Assembly (NCBI GenBank): GCA_017882285.1
Contig: JADGPS010000005.1
Location: 2,680 to 66,679, forward strand
Direction: 5' to 3'
DNA length: 64,000 nt
From: Paludibacter sp.
Lineage (GTDB): Bacteria > Bacteroidota > Bacteroidia > Bacteroidales > Paludibacteraceae
Positions 1 through 9,224 of this stretch are shown here, one piece after another; the stretch's first letter is position 1, and every line of letters starts with the position of its first letter. The notes below the pieces were generated by a model. That model was not told where the DNA came from. It ran no database searches and saw only the letters and a program-made list of their open reading frames with translations. The translations under genes and the position numbers were made by a program.

Positions 1-1
1 T

Positions 2-502
2 TGGAATAAACCTTACAAAGAAATTGATTTTATTGCAAACGGTGATATTTTGCAAGTTCTCAGGGTACGAAAATACCATGAAATATATGGCTTTCATTTC
101 GTTGATCTGACCTTACGTTCATTGGATTACGATTGGGAAATTGACGCTCGCATTTGGCTTGATGCCTTAAATGCGGATTCGCCTGCTCAAATGAATGAAA
201 TAACCAACAAATTATTCCAGTCGGTTGCCGAAGATTATCCCGAAATTACAACCAAAAGAGAACTGTACAAAAAAATATTTGAAAATGAGTATTATAATGC
301 ACTTCAGGTTAAATTTGCTTACGCTGTTACTTGCCATAAAGCACAAGGCGGACAGTGGAAAAAAGTATTTATCGACCCGGGACAAATAGCAGAAGAACAA
401 CTAAATAGCGATTTTTACCGATGGTTATATACCGCATTGACTCGAGCCACAGAAACGGTTTTTTTAGTAAATTTTCCCGACACTGCTTTTGTTATGAAAT
501 AA
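2..502 (+). CDS. RecD-like ATP-dependent DNA helicase / exonuclease V family, C-terminal part (5' end outside window)
   Basis: Frame open from base 2 (WNKPYKEIDFIANGDIL...); SF1B C-terminal motifs FAYAVTCHKAQGGQW and LYTALTRA. Confidence 0.8.
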   Translation, partial: WNKPYKEIDFIANGDILQVLRVRKYHEIYGFHFVDLTLRSLDYDWEIDARIWLDALNADSPAQMNEITNKLFQSVAEDYPEITTKRELYKKIFENEYYNALQVKFAYAVTCHKAQGGQWKKVFIDPGQIAEEQLNSDFYRWLYTALTRATETVFLVNFPDTAFVMK

Positions 503-676
503 AAATGGAAATCATGGGAATTGATTATTTCTTAAAAAGGCTACTAAAGTATTCGTCTGATTAAATTAAGACTAAATAAATTAAGCAATTAGCTGAGAAT
601 AATGGAATTGAATCACAACCATCCTTATTTATTTAAAAAAAATGAAACAAACGATGGCAAATTGCAAGCGTTTTAA

Positions 677-684
677 TACTTTTG
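677..684 (+). promoter_or_regulatory. Bacteroidota primary-sigma -7 box (TACTTTTG) for yebC
   Basis: Matches TAnnTTTG, about 65 nt upstream of the ATG at 749. Confidence 0.6.
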
Positions 685-748
685 CATTTCAATTTTAAAT
701 TGAATTCGTATTAAAAATTAATAGCATTTAAATCATAGACAGAACAAA

Positions 749-1462
749 ATGGGAAGAGCGTATGAATATAGAAAAGCGACGAAATTGAAACGTTGGGGTA
801 ATATGGCCCGTGTATTTACAAAATTGGGAAAACAAATTACAATAGCAGTCCGTGAAGGTGGACCAGACCCTGATACTAATCCACGCTTACGAATGGTGAT
901 TCAAACCACCAAGAAGGAAAATATGCCAAAGGAAAATGTGGAGCGTGCTATTAAAAAAGCGATTTCGCGCGATGAATCCGATTACAAAGAAGTAGTATAC
1001 GAAGGTTATGGTCCAAATGGAATTGCTATCGTAGTGGAAACTGCCACTGATAACCCCACGCGTACGGTTGCCAATATCCGTAGTTATTTCAATCGAAATG
1101 GTGGATCGCTTGGCATAACTGGCTCGTTACAGTTTTTGTTCGATCACAAATGTGTTTTCAGAATTGCCACAAAAACAGGTGTTTCGCTCGAAGATTTGGA
1201 ATTTGAATTAATAGACTTTGGAGTGGATGAGTTAGTTGAAGATGAAGAAGGTATCCTGTTATATGGTGATTTTCAATTTTATTCTTCTATTCAAAAATAC
1301 CTGGAAGAGAACGGTTTTGAGATTTTAAGTGCCGAATTTGAACGTATCCCAAATGATATGAAAGAGCTTAACGAAGAACAAAAAGCGCAGGTAATGAAGT
1401 TGCTCGACAAAATTGAAGACGATGAAGATGTGCAAAATGTTTTTCATAATATGGTTGAATAA
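749..1462 (+). CDS. yebC: YebC/PmpR family protein
   Basis: MGRAYEYRK..., GGPDPDTNPRLR, YEGYGPNG, DDEDVQNVFHN. Confidence 0.93.
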   Translation: MGRAYEYRKATKLKRWGNMARVFTKLGKQITIAVREGGPDPDTNPRLRMVIQTTKKENMPKENVERAIKKAISRDESDYKEVVYEGYGPNGIAIVVETATDNPTRTVANIRSYFNRNGGSLGITGSLQFLFDHKCVFRIATKTGVSLEDLEFELIDFGVDELVEDEEGILLYGDFQFYSSIQKYLEENGFEILSAEFERIPNDMKELNEEQKAQVMKLLDKIEDDEDVQNVFHNMVE

Positions 1463-1872
1463 ACAGTAAATTGCCATTTTCTATTCACCCAAAACTCGAA
1501 ATAATCGTTCGGTCAGGATGCAGTTTTTTAGATACAAAGCATTAATATTACTGTTTTTGGAATATACATTTAATTTTTTACTTTTTCTAATTTCGTCTTC
1601 TGAAAATAATTCGATTTTTTTACAAGTTCTTTGATAATCAAAGCAGGTACATATACATTGGGTTCAAAAACTTGCAACAAGACGGAATCAACCAACACAG
1701 TTGAAGACAAACACCATAACATGAAAAGGAAAATCGATTGGGCTGGTCAAAATAACGCTCAGTTTTCGGTTGTTTTTCTGTTGTAAGTTGACTTTATTCC
1801 AAAAACTACGGTCAAATAGTTGATTTTAAATAAAAATACGATAAATATTTTGTGTTGTCAAAAATAAAGTTG

Positions 1873-1880
1873 TAAATTTG
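1873..1880 (+). promoter_or_regulatory. -7 box (TAAATTTG) for rho
   Basis: TAnnTTTG consensus upstream of the rho ATG. Confidence 0.55.
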
Positions 1881-2003
1881 CGTCGAATTCAAAAACACAA
1901 TAGCAAACCTGCTGTTGTTTCAACAATCAAATAAAACATAACATTCACAATCACAACGTTTTTCCACACGGAAAATCTCACCAAAACGTTTATTCATCAC
2001 TTT

Positions 2004-3860
2004 ATGAGTAATTACACCATTCTGCAATTAAATGCGAAAGAACTGTCCGAATTGAAGGACATCGCAACTGAATTAGGTTTGAAAGTTTCAAATTCATCCA
2101 AAAAAGAAACTTTAGTCTATGACATTCTCGATCAACAAGCCGTTGTTAATGCACAACGAAAAACTATTACCAACGAAAATCAGGAGATTGAACGAAAAAA
2201 ACGTCTCCGTGTTCCTGTTAAAAAAACTCCTGAACAAAAAGCGGCTGGTATTGAACACAACACACAGAAATCAACTGAAAAGCACAGTCAAAATCTTGCA
2301 GTAAAAGAAAGTACTGAAGCACTAAAAAAAGTTATTAAACCTACTGATAATTCCCCGGTAGAAACTAAAAGCATTGAAAATAATTCCGTTGCCGAAGTTA
2401 AACCGACAAAGAAACCGAATAGGCAAAAACAAAAACCGGCTAAAAAACCTATAGAAGTAAAAGAAACTGCATCAACTCCTGTTACACCACCCACAAAGGT
2501 ATTTGTATTGGAGGACAGAGACGAAATTGATTCAATTTCAGATGAAACATTATTTATCCCTGAAGTTTCTCCTGAAAATTTTGATGAATCGCCGGAACAA
2601 GTCATTCCTGCAGTTGAAACTACAGAAATCAGGCCATTAAGACATAATAACAACCCCAACAACGGAAATAACAACGGAAATAACAACAATAATCGTAACA
2701 AATTCAATCAACGTCCCGATAAAGGTGAAAAACAATTTGATTTTGACGGTATTCTGGAAGGAACAGGAACGCTGGAAATGATGGCCGATGGGTATGGATT
2801 TTTACGTTCAGCCGATTACAATTACCTGGCTTCACCCGATGATATTTATGTATCACAGTCGCAAATAAAATTATTTGGTTTGAAAACGGGTGATACAGTA
2901 AGAGGTGCCATTCGTCCACCTAAAGAAGGTGAAAAATACTTTCCGCTTATCAAAGTTGCTCAAATTAATGGTCGTTCACCGGAATATGTCCGCGACCGTG
3001 TTCCTTTTGAACACCTCACTCCTCTTTTTCCTGATGTGAAATTTAACCTGTGCAGCGGTAAAAACGATACGCTTTCAACCCGTATTGTCGATTTATTCTG
3101 CCCCATTGGTAAAGGTCAACGCGGATTAATCGTTGCCCAACCTAAAACCGGTAAAACAGTTTTACTGAAAGATATTGCCAATGCTATTGCCTCAAATCAT
3201 CCCGAAGTGTACATGATTGTACTGCTAATTGATGAACGTCCTGAAGAAGTTACCGATATGGCTCGCAGCGTGCGTGCCGAAGTGGTTTCATCTACTTTCG
3301 ACGAACCGGCGGAACGTCATGTGAAAGTGGCAAGCATGGTTCACGAAAAAGCAAAACGTATGGTGGAATGTGGTCAGGATGTAGTTATATTACTTGACTC
3401 AATTACACGTCTGGCTCGTGCTTACAATACCGTTTCTCCAGCTTCCGGTAAAATTCTTTCGGGTGGTGTGGATGCTAACGCGCTGCACAAACCAAAACGT
3501 TTCTTCGGAGCCGCTCGTAATATTGAAAATGGTGGTAGTCTGACGATTATCGCTACAGCATTGACTGAAACCGGTTCAAAAATGGACGAAGTTATATTCG
3601 AAGAATTCAAAGGAACCGGTAACATGGAACTTCAACTCGACCGTAAATTGTCGAATAAACGTGTCTTCCCGGCTGTTGATATTATGGCTTCAAGCACGCG
3701 TCGTGACGATTTACTGCTCGACAAAGACACCTTGAATCGTATGTGGATTCTGCGTCGTCATTTGGCGGATATGAATTCCATGGAAGCGATGGAATTTCTG
3801 AAAGACCGGATGGAACGAACAGAAAACAACGATGAGTTCCTGGTATCAATGAACGCTTAA
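2004..3860 (+). CDS. rho: Transcription termination factor Rho with long N-terminal low-complexity insertion
   Basis: [11 protein letters not shown]-binding motif, [18 protein letters not shown]-loop, [21 protein letters not shown]. Confidence 0.97.
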   Translation: MSNYTILQLNAKELSELKDIATELGLKVSNSSKKETLVYDILDQQAVVNAQRKTITNENQEIERKKRLRVPVKKTPEQKAAGIEHNTQKSTEKHSQNLAVKESTEALKKVIKPTDNSPVETKSIENNSVAEVKPTKKPNRQKQKPAKKPIEVKETASTPVTPPTKVFVLEDRDEIDSISDETLFIPEVSPENFDESPEQVIPAVETTEIRPLRHNNNPNNGNNNGNNNNNRNKFNQRPDKGEKQFDFDGILEGTGTLEMMADGYGFLRSADYNYLASPDDIYVSQSQIKLFGLKTGDTVRGAIRPPKEGEKYFPLIKVAQINGRSPEYVRDRVPFEHLTPLFPDVKFNLCSGKNDTLSTRIVDLFCPIGKGQRGLIVAQPKTGKTVLLKDIANAIASNHPEVYMIVLLIDERPEEVTDMARSVRAEVVSSTFDEPAERHVKVASMVHEKAKRMVECGQDVVILLDSITRLARAYNTVSPASGKILSGGVDANALHKPKRFFGAARNIENGGSLTIIATALTETGSKMDEVIFEEFKGTGNMELQLDRKLSNKRVFPAVDIMASSTRRDDLLLDKDTLNRMWILRRHLADMNSMEAMEFLKDRMERTENNDEFLVSMNA

Positions 3861-3885
3861 TAAACTTATCCCTAATAGCTTAGTT

Positions 3886-3920
3886 AGAATCGCTTGATTA
3901 TTCAGACGATTCTTTTTTGT
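3886..3920 (+). terminator. Probable intrinsic terminator after rho
   Basis: AGAATCG...CGATTCT stem followed by T-run. Confidence 0.55.
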
Positions 3921-4064
3921 GATAATACAAGATTTAGCATTTCATGATAAGAAACTAATCAGAAAATAAATCTTAAATTAATGCGTTTCAAGGACTATCT
4001 GGTTCTTTTTTGCACAAAATCGACCAAAGTATGCAGTTTTTTACTGTTTTTAGAGAAAATGCAC

Positions 4065-4072
4065 TATCTTTG
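4065..4072 (+). promoter_or_regulatory. -7 box (TATCTTTG) for fabG
   Basis: TAnnTTTG consensus about 45 nt upstream of the ATG. Confidence 0.6.
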
Positions 4073-4115
4073 CACCTGAAATTTTTATAATTCAATAGTA
4101 GAAAAATAGATTTTT

Positions 4116-4862
4116 ATGAAATTATTAGAAGGAAAAACAGCCATCGTAACCGGTGCTGCACGTGGTATTGGTAAAGCAATTGCGCTCAAACTGGCAAGTG
4201 AAGGTGCTAACATTGCATTTACCGATTTAATGATCGACGAAAATGCGTTGAAAACCCAAAAAGAAATTGAAGCTTATGGCGTAAAAGCAAAAGGATATGC
4301 ATCCAATGCTGCCTTGTATGACGATACACATACCATTGTGGATCAGATTGTAAAAGATTTCGGACGTGTAGACGTGCTGGTAAACAACGCCGGTATTACC
4401 AAAGATGGTTTGATAATGCGAATGACTGAATTACAATGGGATGCTGTTATCAACGTAAACTTAAAATCGGCTTTCAATTTTATTCATGCAATTACCCCTG
4501 TCATGATGAAACAAAAAACAGGTAGCATTATCAATATGAGCTCGGTTGTAGGCGTCTCGGGTAATGCCGGACAATCAAACTATTCTGCTTCAAAAGCCGG
4601 TATGATTGGTTTGGCTAAATCGGTTGCCAAAGAATTAGGTTCGCGCGGTATACGTGCCAATGCAATCGCTCCGGGCTTTATCGAAACTGAAATGACTCAC
4701 GCACTTAGCGACGAACAACGTGCAAAATGGGCAGAAGCAATTCCATTGCGTCGTGGCGGCAGTCCTGACGAAGTGGCTAAAGTAGCGCTTTTCCTTGCTT
4801 CCGATTTATCCAGCTATGTGAGCGGACAAGTTATCAATGTTTGTGGTGGAATGAACACTTAA
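4116..4862 (+). CDS. fabG: 3-oxoacyl-ACP reductase
   Basis: TGAARGIG, NNAGITKDGL, YSASKAG, NAIAPGFIET. Confidence 0.93.
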   Translation: MKLLEGKTAIVTGAARGIGKAIALKLASEGANIAFTDLMIDENALKTQKEIEAYGVKAKGYASNAALYDDTHTIVDQIVKDFGRVDVLVNNAGITKDGLIMRMTELQWDAVINVNLKSAFNFIHAITPVMMKQKTGSIINMSSVVGVSGNAGQSNYSASKAGMIGLAKSVAKELGSRGIRANAIAPGFIETEMTHALSDEQRAKWAEAIPLRRGGSPDEVAKVALFLASDLSSYVSGQVINVCGGMNT

Positions 4863-4898
4863 ATCATTTACCATTTTGACATTTACTATTTACCATTT

Positions 4899-4930
4899 AA
4901 ACGCTTTGAAGAAATTTGGAGCGTTTTTTT
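4899..4930 (+). terminator. Intrinsic terminator after fabG
   Basis: AAACGCTTTGAA / TTTGGAGCGTTT stem plus T-run. Confidence 0.6.
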
Positions 4931-4953
4931 ATCGGTTAATCTTATTATACAAA

Positions 4954-5016
4954 CGGCTGAACTTCAGATTTGAAATTCAGCCAATTGAGTTTTCAAACGC
5001 GCAAGTTTGGGAACTT
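4954..5016. repeat. Hairpin-containing dispersed repeat, copy 1 (homologous to 27595-27656)
   Basis: CGGCTGAACTTCAGATTTGAAATTCAGCC...AAGTTTGGGAACTT vs CGGCTGAACTTCAAATTTTGAGGTTCAGCC...AAGTTTGGTAACTT. Confidence 0.8.
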
Positions 5017-5059
5017 ATATGTTGTAGCTTTTAATGACGTTTCAGGCGTAAAGGTCAAA

Positions 5060-5707
5060 TTACCTCATTTTCATACGCCAACTGTCCAACATATTTCGTA
5101 AATTCATTTTCCACCCCGCGTAACCAATTGCCAGCAACAATAAGAAACCGAAACCATCGGGAACGGGAATTGAATTGGGTTCACCACCGGGATCAGTTAC
5201 TGGAGGAGGATCATCAAGTTGATTATTCTGGGTACTTTGTCGCGTGCTATTATCAGCAAATAACTTTAAATCAGTGTTTAATGAAGTGCTGCCGTTATTT
5301 TGAAAATTGGAATTATTACTTGAACTTTTGTGTCCGACAGAAAAAGATGCTCCTTCATTTCCAGTTGAACCGTTACTGCTTTTATTCGGTATGAAAGGGT
5401 CTTTTGCTTGTATTGCTACATTTTCAGTGTTTTGTCCGTATGATGGGACAGTTTTTTTCTCATGGTTTGATGAATAAATATTTTTTTGCTCGGGAGTAAA
5501 ATCAGAAAAAGATTGTTCCGGTTCGTTATTTTGATAATTATTTTTCCCCTTGGGTGCATTTTTGATTTCTCCGTTAAAGTTAACACCCTGATTCTCTATA
5601 AAGTATTTTCTTTGTTTATATAAATCGGGACTTCCAATAGGGGAATAGAGCACAACTAAAAGTAATCCTGCTAACGGTAATACCCAAACCAATATATTTT
5701 TTTGCAT
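5060..5707 (-). CDS. Hypothetical low-complexity protein with N-terminal TM/signal and C-terminal PID-CTERM-like sorting motif
   Basis: N-terminal hydrophobic segment, N/S/Q-rich middle, C-terminal PGGEPNSIPVPDGFGFLLLLAIGYAGWK; TTG start uncertain. Confidence 0.65.
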   Translation of the reverse strand: MQKNILVWVLPLAGLLLVVLYSPIGSPDLYKQRKYFIENQGVNFNGEIKNAPKGKNNYQNNEPEQSFSDFTPEQKNIYSSNHEKKTVPSYGQNTENVAIQAKDPFIPNKSSNGSTGNEGASFSVGHKSSSNNSNFQNNGSTSLNTDLKLFADNSTRQSTQNNQLDDPPPVTDPGGEPNSIPVPDGFGFLLLLAIGYAGWKMNLRNMLDSWRMKMR

Positions 5708-5718
5708 TTTTTCTTATT

Positions 5719-8139
5719 CTACCAAACTATTAAACGTTTAGTTATCTCTTCTCCATTGGTTAATGCCTTTGCAACATAAACTCCGGGGTTTATATTCGTG
5801 GAAACAGTGGTTATTTCATTTGCACCAAAAATCACCTTTTTTATATAATGACCCGCCATATCGTAAAGACTCAGTTCACCATTTGAGTTGCTTATATTTT
5901 GTACGAAAATTGTTCCTTTCGAACTGAATAATTTCACTTTTGTATCCGCATCGGGTGCAACATTTTCGTTAGGACGGGTTACTATTTTAAACCTGTTTAC
6001 TTTTGTTGGAGCTGACTCTGCTACAAACTTATAAGTTGAACCGCTTTCGGTTATGTCTACTGTTTTGTTTTCTACTGAATCCACTAAATATACTCCCGCA
6101 TATTTACTTGTGATATTCTGTTGATTAAAAGTAAATGTATATTCCACATCTTCACCTGCTTGGAAGCCCAACTCTGTATTGTTCATATCGGCAACAGCAT
6201 CGACCTGATAATCGCCATCAACTTCCATAGCAAAAAGTTGTGGAGAAAGCGATAAACCAAGAAATTTAACTCCATCCCAACCGTTATCGAAACCGCGTGT
6301 GCAAGTGGGTTCAGAGACAATCCACAGCCGGTCGGCGTACCGGGATCCTTTGACATCAATCCTTGTACAAACCTTGTCCGAAGATGAAGAATTATTGGCA
6401 GCTTTGGTAAGTTGCATATCGGTATTTTTTACTACTGTTCCGGCAGCACTATACGGAATTGAAACTGTGGCTAATGCGTTATCACTTTTTACTCTTAATA
6501 GAAAGGCTTGCATGGATGGTATCTGAGCCGGTAAACCATTGACACCTGCACTTTGTACCGGAACAGCAATATATTGTCCGGGCGAAGCGCCGCTTACAAC
6601 TCCTGAACCTGTACTTGTCCAGTCGGCAAACGATCCGGTATTGTACAGGTAAACGGTATTCTCAATAATCGTTGCAACAGATGATCCGAAAACGATTTTT
6701 TTAATATCGATGGCAGCCGTGTAGGGATTGCCAATCAAATGTTGTCCTGGATAGGTAGCACCGATGGTGGTATATGATAATTTACCAGAATTAAAATCAT
6801 TATTTTCCAATTCCCCCTGAAAATAAATTGTTTTGGGCGATAATTGCGTAATTTCATAACCTGTAAATGATGTAAGGTTAGAGGCGTTTGTAAGTTGTAA
6901 CCAATGTTCAGTGGTGCTTGTACCGGTTTCGAACATTTGACGAACATACGAACCATCGAATGTTGGACTGGGTGACATTGTACGAAGCGGAATGCCAAAA
7001 AACTGCCATTTGTAGTTAGTAGCTTTTGCTGCTTTTGAATACATTTCCACCGTGGCTTGAACGGGTTTATCCAGTGCATTGTGGAAAATCAGAGAACCAT
7101 TAGCAATAGCATCAGTCCCGTTTGTACTGGCTTTTATGTAAATTTGATTGTAATTGGTTGTAGTAATAGCATTGGTTGTTAAACATATACCCGGTGGGAT
7201 TATTAATCTCGATGTTACAGGGGTTATCAATGTGGTATGTGTAACAGTTGCTGTAGAATTTAATGTTACTCCGAAATCATTATTGATAATTACACCCCCT
7301 GTACCATTAAAAGTTGCAGGGAATTCTATCCCGGTTGTTTGTGCCGCACTGCCTTCGTATTGAAGTGTGGCTTCTGAACCATAAATTGGAACTGTTCCGG
7401 TAGTTGTTGATGTTCCTTCCAATGAAAGAATGCCCTTTATCGTAGTTCCGGTTGGAATTGTTTTTGCGCCACTACCGGATAGGGTAAGGTTATTATATAC
7501 ATTTGCATATATAGTTTGGTTGGCAGATCCATTATATTCTATTCTACCGGGACCCGGTATCCAGACATTATTTGTACCATTATCACCTTTTACAGTTATA
7601 GTTGCTCCAATTTTTAAAATACCCCCATTTGCCATGTTCAGGGTACCATAAAAAGTATTGTTTTTTCCTATTGTAAGATTATTTAAAGTTAATTGTGAGG
7701 TGGATGATGAGAATGTCAATGTACCATCTCCATTGTTTTTATTTCCTGGGACTCCTAATAGCATACCTCCACAAACTGCATCTGGTATGTCAACTGTTAA
7801 TATTTTGTCATTTGTAACAACAATACTGTCACTTCTGGTTGGTAAATGTCCTCCGTTTAACCCTGTCAGAGCACTCCAATTTATATTATTAGATGTAACA
7901 ATAATAGTTGCCCCATTAACGCTTTCCACTCCTACCAACAAAAGCAACAGCCCAATGATTAGACTCTTGGAAAGTTTGTAAGTTTTAAGATGAATGATTG
8001 TTGGGAAAACAGAGAAATCAATATGTGAAGGGCTTATTGCATTTTTTGGCATAAAAACCTGCTTACACATAGCATCGACTAATGAAATAACTTTAAAAAT
8101 AAAGTTAATAGGGTTGGTAAGACGTTTAGTATATTTCAT
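5719..8139 (-). CDS. T9SS type-A CTD secreted beta-rich protein (start codon uncertain)
   Basis: T/G/S/N-rich body; C-terminal LYDMAG...PGVYVAK...ITKRLIVW type-A CTD; hydrophobic signal LIIGLLLLLVGVESVNG. Confidence 0.8.
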   Translation of the reverse strand: MKYTKRLTNPINFIFKVISLVDAMCKQVFMPKNAISPSHIDFSVFPTIIHLKTYKLSKSLIIGLLLLLVGVESVNGATIIVTSNNINWSALTGLNGGHLPTRSDSIVVTNDKILTVDIPDAVCGGMLLGVPGNKNNGDGTLTFSSSTSQLTLNNLTIGKNNTFYGTLNMANGGILKIGATITVKGDNGTNNVWIPGPGRIEYNGSANQTIYANVYNNLTLSGSGAKTIPTGTTIKGILSLEGTSTTTGTVPIYGSEATLQYEGSAAQTTGIEFPATFNGTGGVIINNDFGVTLNSTATVTHTTLITPVTSRLIIPPGICLTTNAITTTNYNQIYIKASTNGTDAIANGSLIFHNALDKPVQATVEMYSKAAKATNYKWQFFGIPLRTMSPSPTFDGSYVRQMFETGTSTTEHWLQLTNASNLTSFTGYEITQLSPKTIYFQGELENNDFNSGKLSYTTIGATYPGQHLIGNPYTAAIDIKKIVFGSSVATIIENTVYLYNTGSFADWTSTGSGVVSGASPGQYIAVPVQSAGVNGLPAQIPSMQAFLLRVKSDNALATVSIPYSAAGTVVKNTDMQLTKAANNSSSSDKVCTRIDVKGSRYADRLWIVSEPTCTRGFDNGWDGVKFLGLSLSPQLFAMEVDGDYQVDAVADMNNTELGFQAGEDVEYTFTFNQQNITSKYAGVYLVDSVENKTVDITESGSTYKFVAESAPTKVNRFKIVTRPNENVAPDADTKVKLFSSKGTIFVQNISNSNGELSLYDMAGHYIKKVIFGANEITTVSTNINPGVYVAKALTNGEEITKRLIVW

Positions 8140-8188
8140 AGGTTCATAGGAATTAATAAAAGTTTTGTAAAAAAAACCGAAAGGGCGG

Positions 8189-8196
8189 CAAAGATA
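8189..8196 (-). promoter_or_regulatory. -7 box (TATCTTTG on minus strand) for the T9SS cargo / PID-CTERM-like pair
   Basis: CAAAGATA on plus strand, just upstream of the 8139 start. Confidence 0.55.
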
Positions 8197-8896
8197 GTAA
8201 ATATTATCATAAAATAAATATTTATTCGCAATAATATTGATTTAAAAACAATTTTCTTTTCAATAAACTTAACTGAGTCCCTTTAAACTTCAATTATTTT
8301 GGTGAAACCATCGAGAATCATAACCAGTGTTTTTTAATCCATTTTAAGAGCGCTAATATAATTGTTTTATTCTAAAGTGTTGTTATATAGCTACTTGTAG
8401 TATTTATTCTTAACTATGTAGCATTTTCTTTATTGTTTTTAGACTTCGTTTAAATATCCAGCAAAGTATGTTAACAGGAATCAAAAATTCTATCTAATCA
8501 ATTTCAGACAACAATCTGATAATGAAAAGAGAGTAAATTAATTCTACAAAGAAGAATGAGTTTTAATACTGGTATCTTGTAGTAATAAATTGTTAGACAC
8601 CTATAGATGTTACTACAGGTAAAAATAATTCATATTTATTTCCAAAACTCAAAAGCCATTTTTATGATAATATAATTTATAGTCCACGAAAATATTTACA
8701 TTTATTTATCTATAAAGTCTATTTTTTAACGTTATTTATAGTTATCTTGCATGCATGGAATGAAAAAAACTACATAGATTATGAAATGAGCGTCGTTTTG
8801 AAGTGAGAGTGTAAAAATTACGATTGTAGTACGATAAAATGTGTAGTTTTGCTTCTGGTGAATGATTTATGGTCTGACACCTCAAATTTGCATATT

Positions 8897-9037
8897 AACC
8901 TGAGTTCGGGATAAGAATACTTAAAATTCAAGTGCTAATTGAGCAGAATTCTCCCATTCTATATTGATAGATGGTTTCTTTGGGAAAAAGCAATATGCCA
9001 CAAGTGCCGATATAATATTCATAATTTCATTTTCCAT
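8897..9037 (-). mobile_element. IS982-family remnant: transposase C-terminal fragment plus one terminal inverted repeat
   Basis: Minus strand 9037-8921 reads MENEIMNIISALVAYCFFPKKPSINIEWENSAQLALEF*, an IS982-type C-terminus; followed by TTATCCCGAACTCAGGTT (8897-8914). Confidence 0.75.
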
Positions 9038-9146
9038 GAAATTTTATTAGGATCAAAAAAGTTCGAAAGAACTTCGGAGCGTTTTTTGTTTTAATTATGT
9101 TGCGGAATAAATTGGCAATAAACTGAATTTTAAAACGAAAAAATAG

Positions 9147-9154
9147 TATCTTTG
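9147..9154 (+). promoter_or_regulatory. -7 box (TATCTTTG) for secA operon
   Basis: TAnnTTTG consensus 70 nt upstream of the ATG. Confidence 0.6.
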
Positions 9155-9224
9155 TCAGTCTTTTTCGGTAAAACTGACAAAACATACAAATATAAACGAT
9201 ACAAATATATAAAACATTGAAATA

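Noticed and set aside
1500-2000. tRNA, ncRNA or small ORF in the yebC-rho intergenic region
   Set aside because: No cloverleaf or recognisable RNA motif; short minus-strand frames lack motifs
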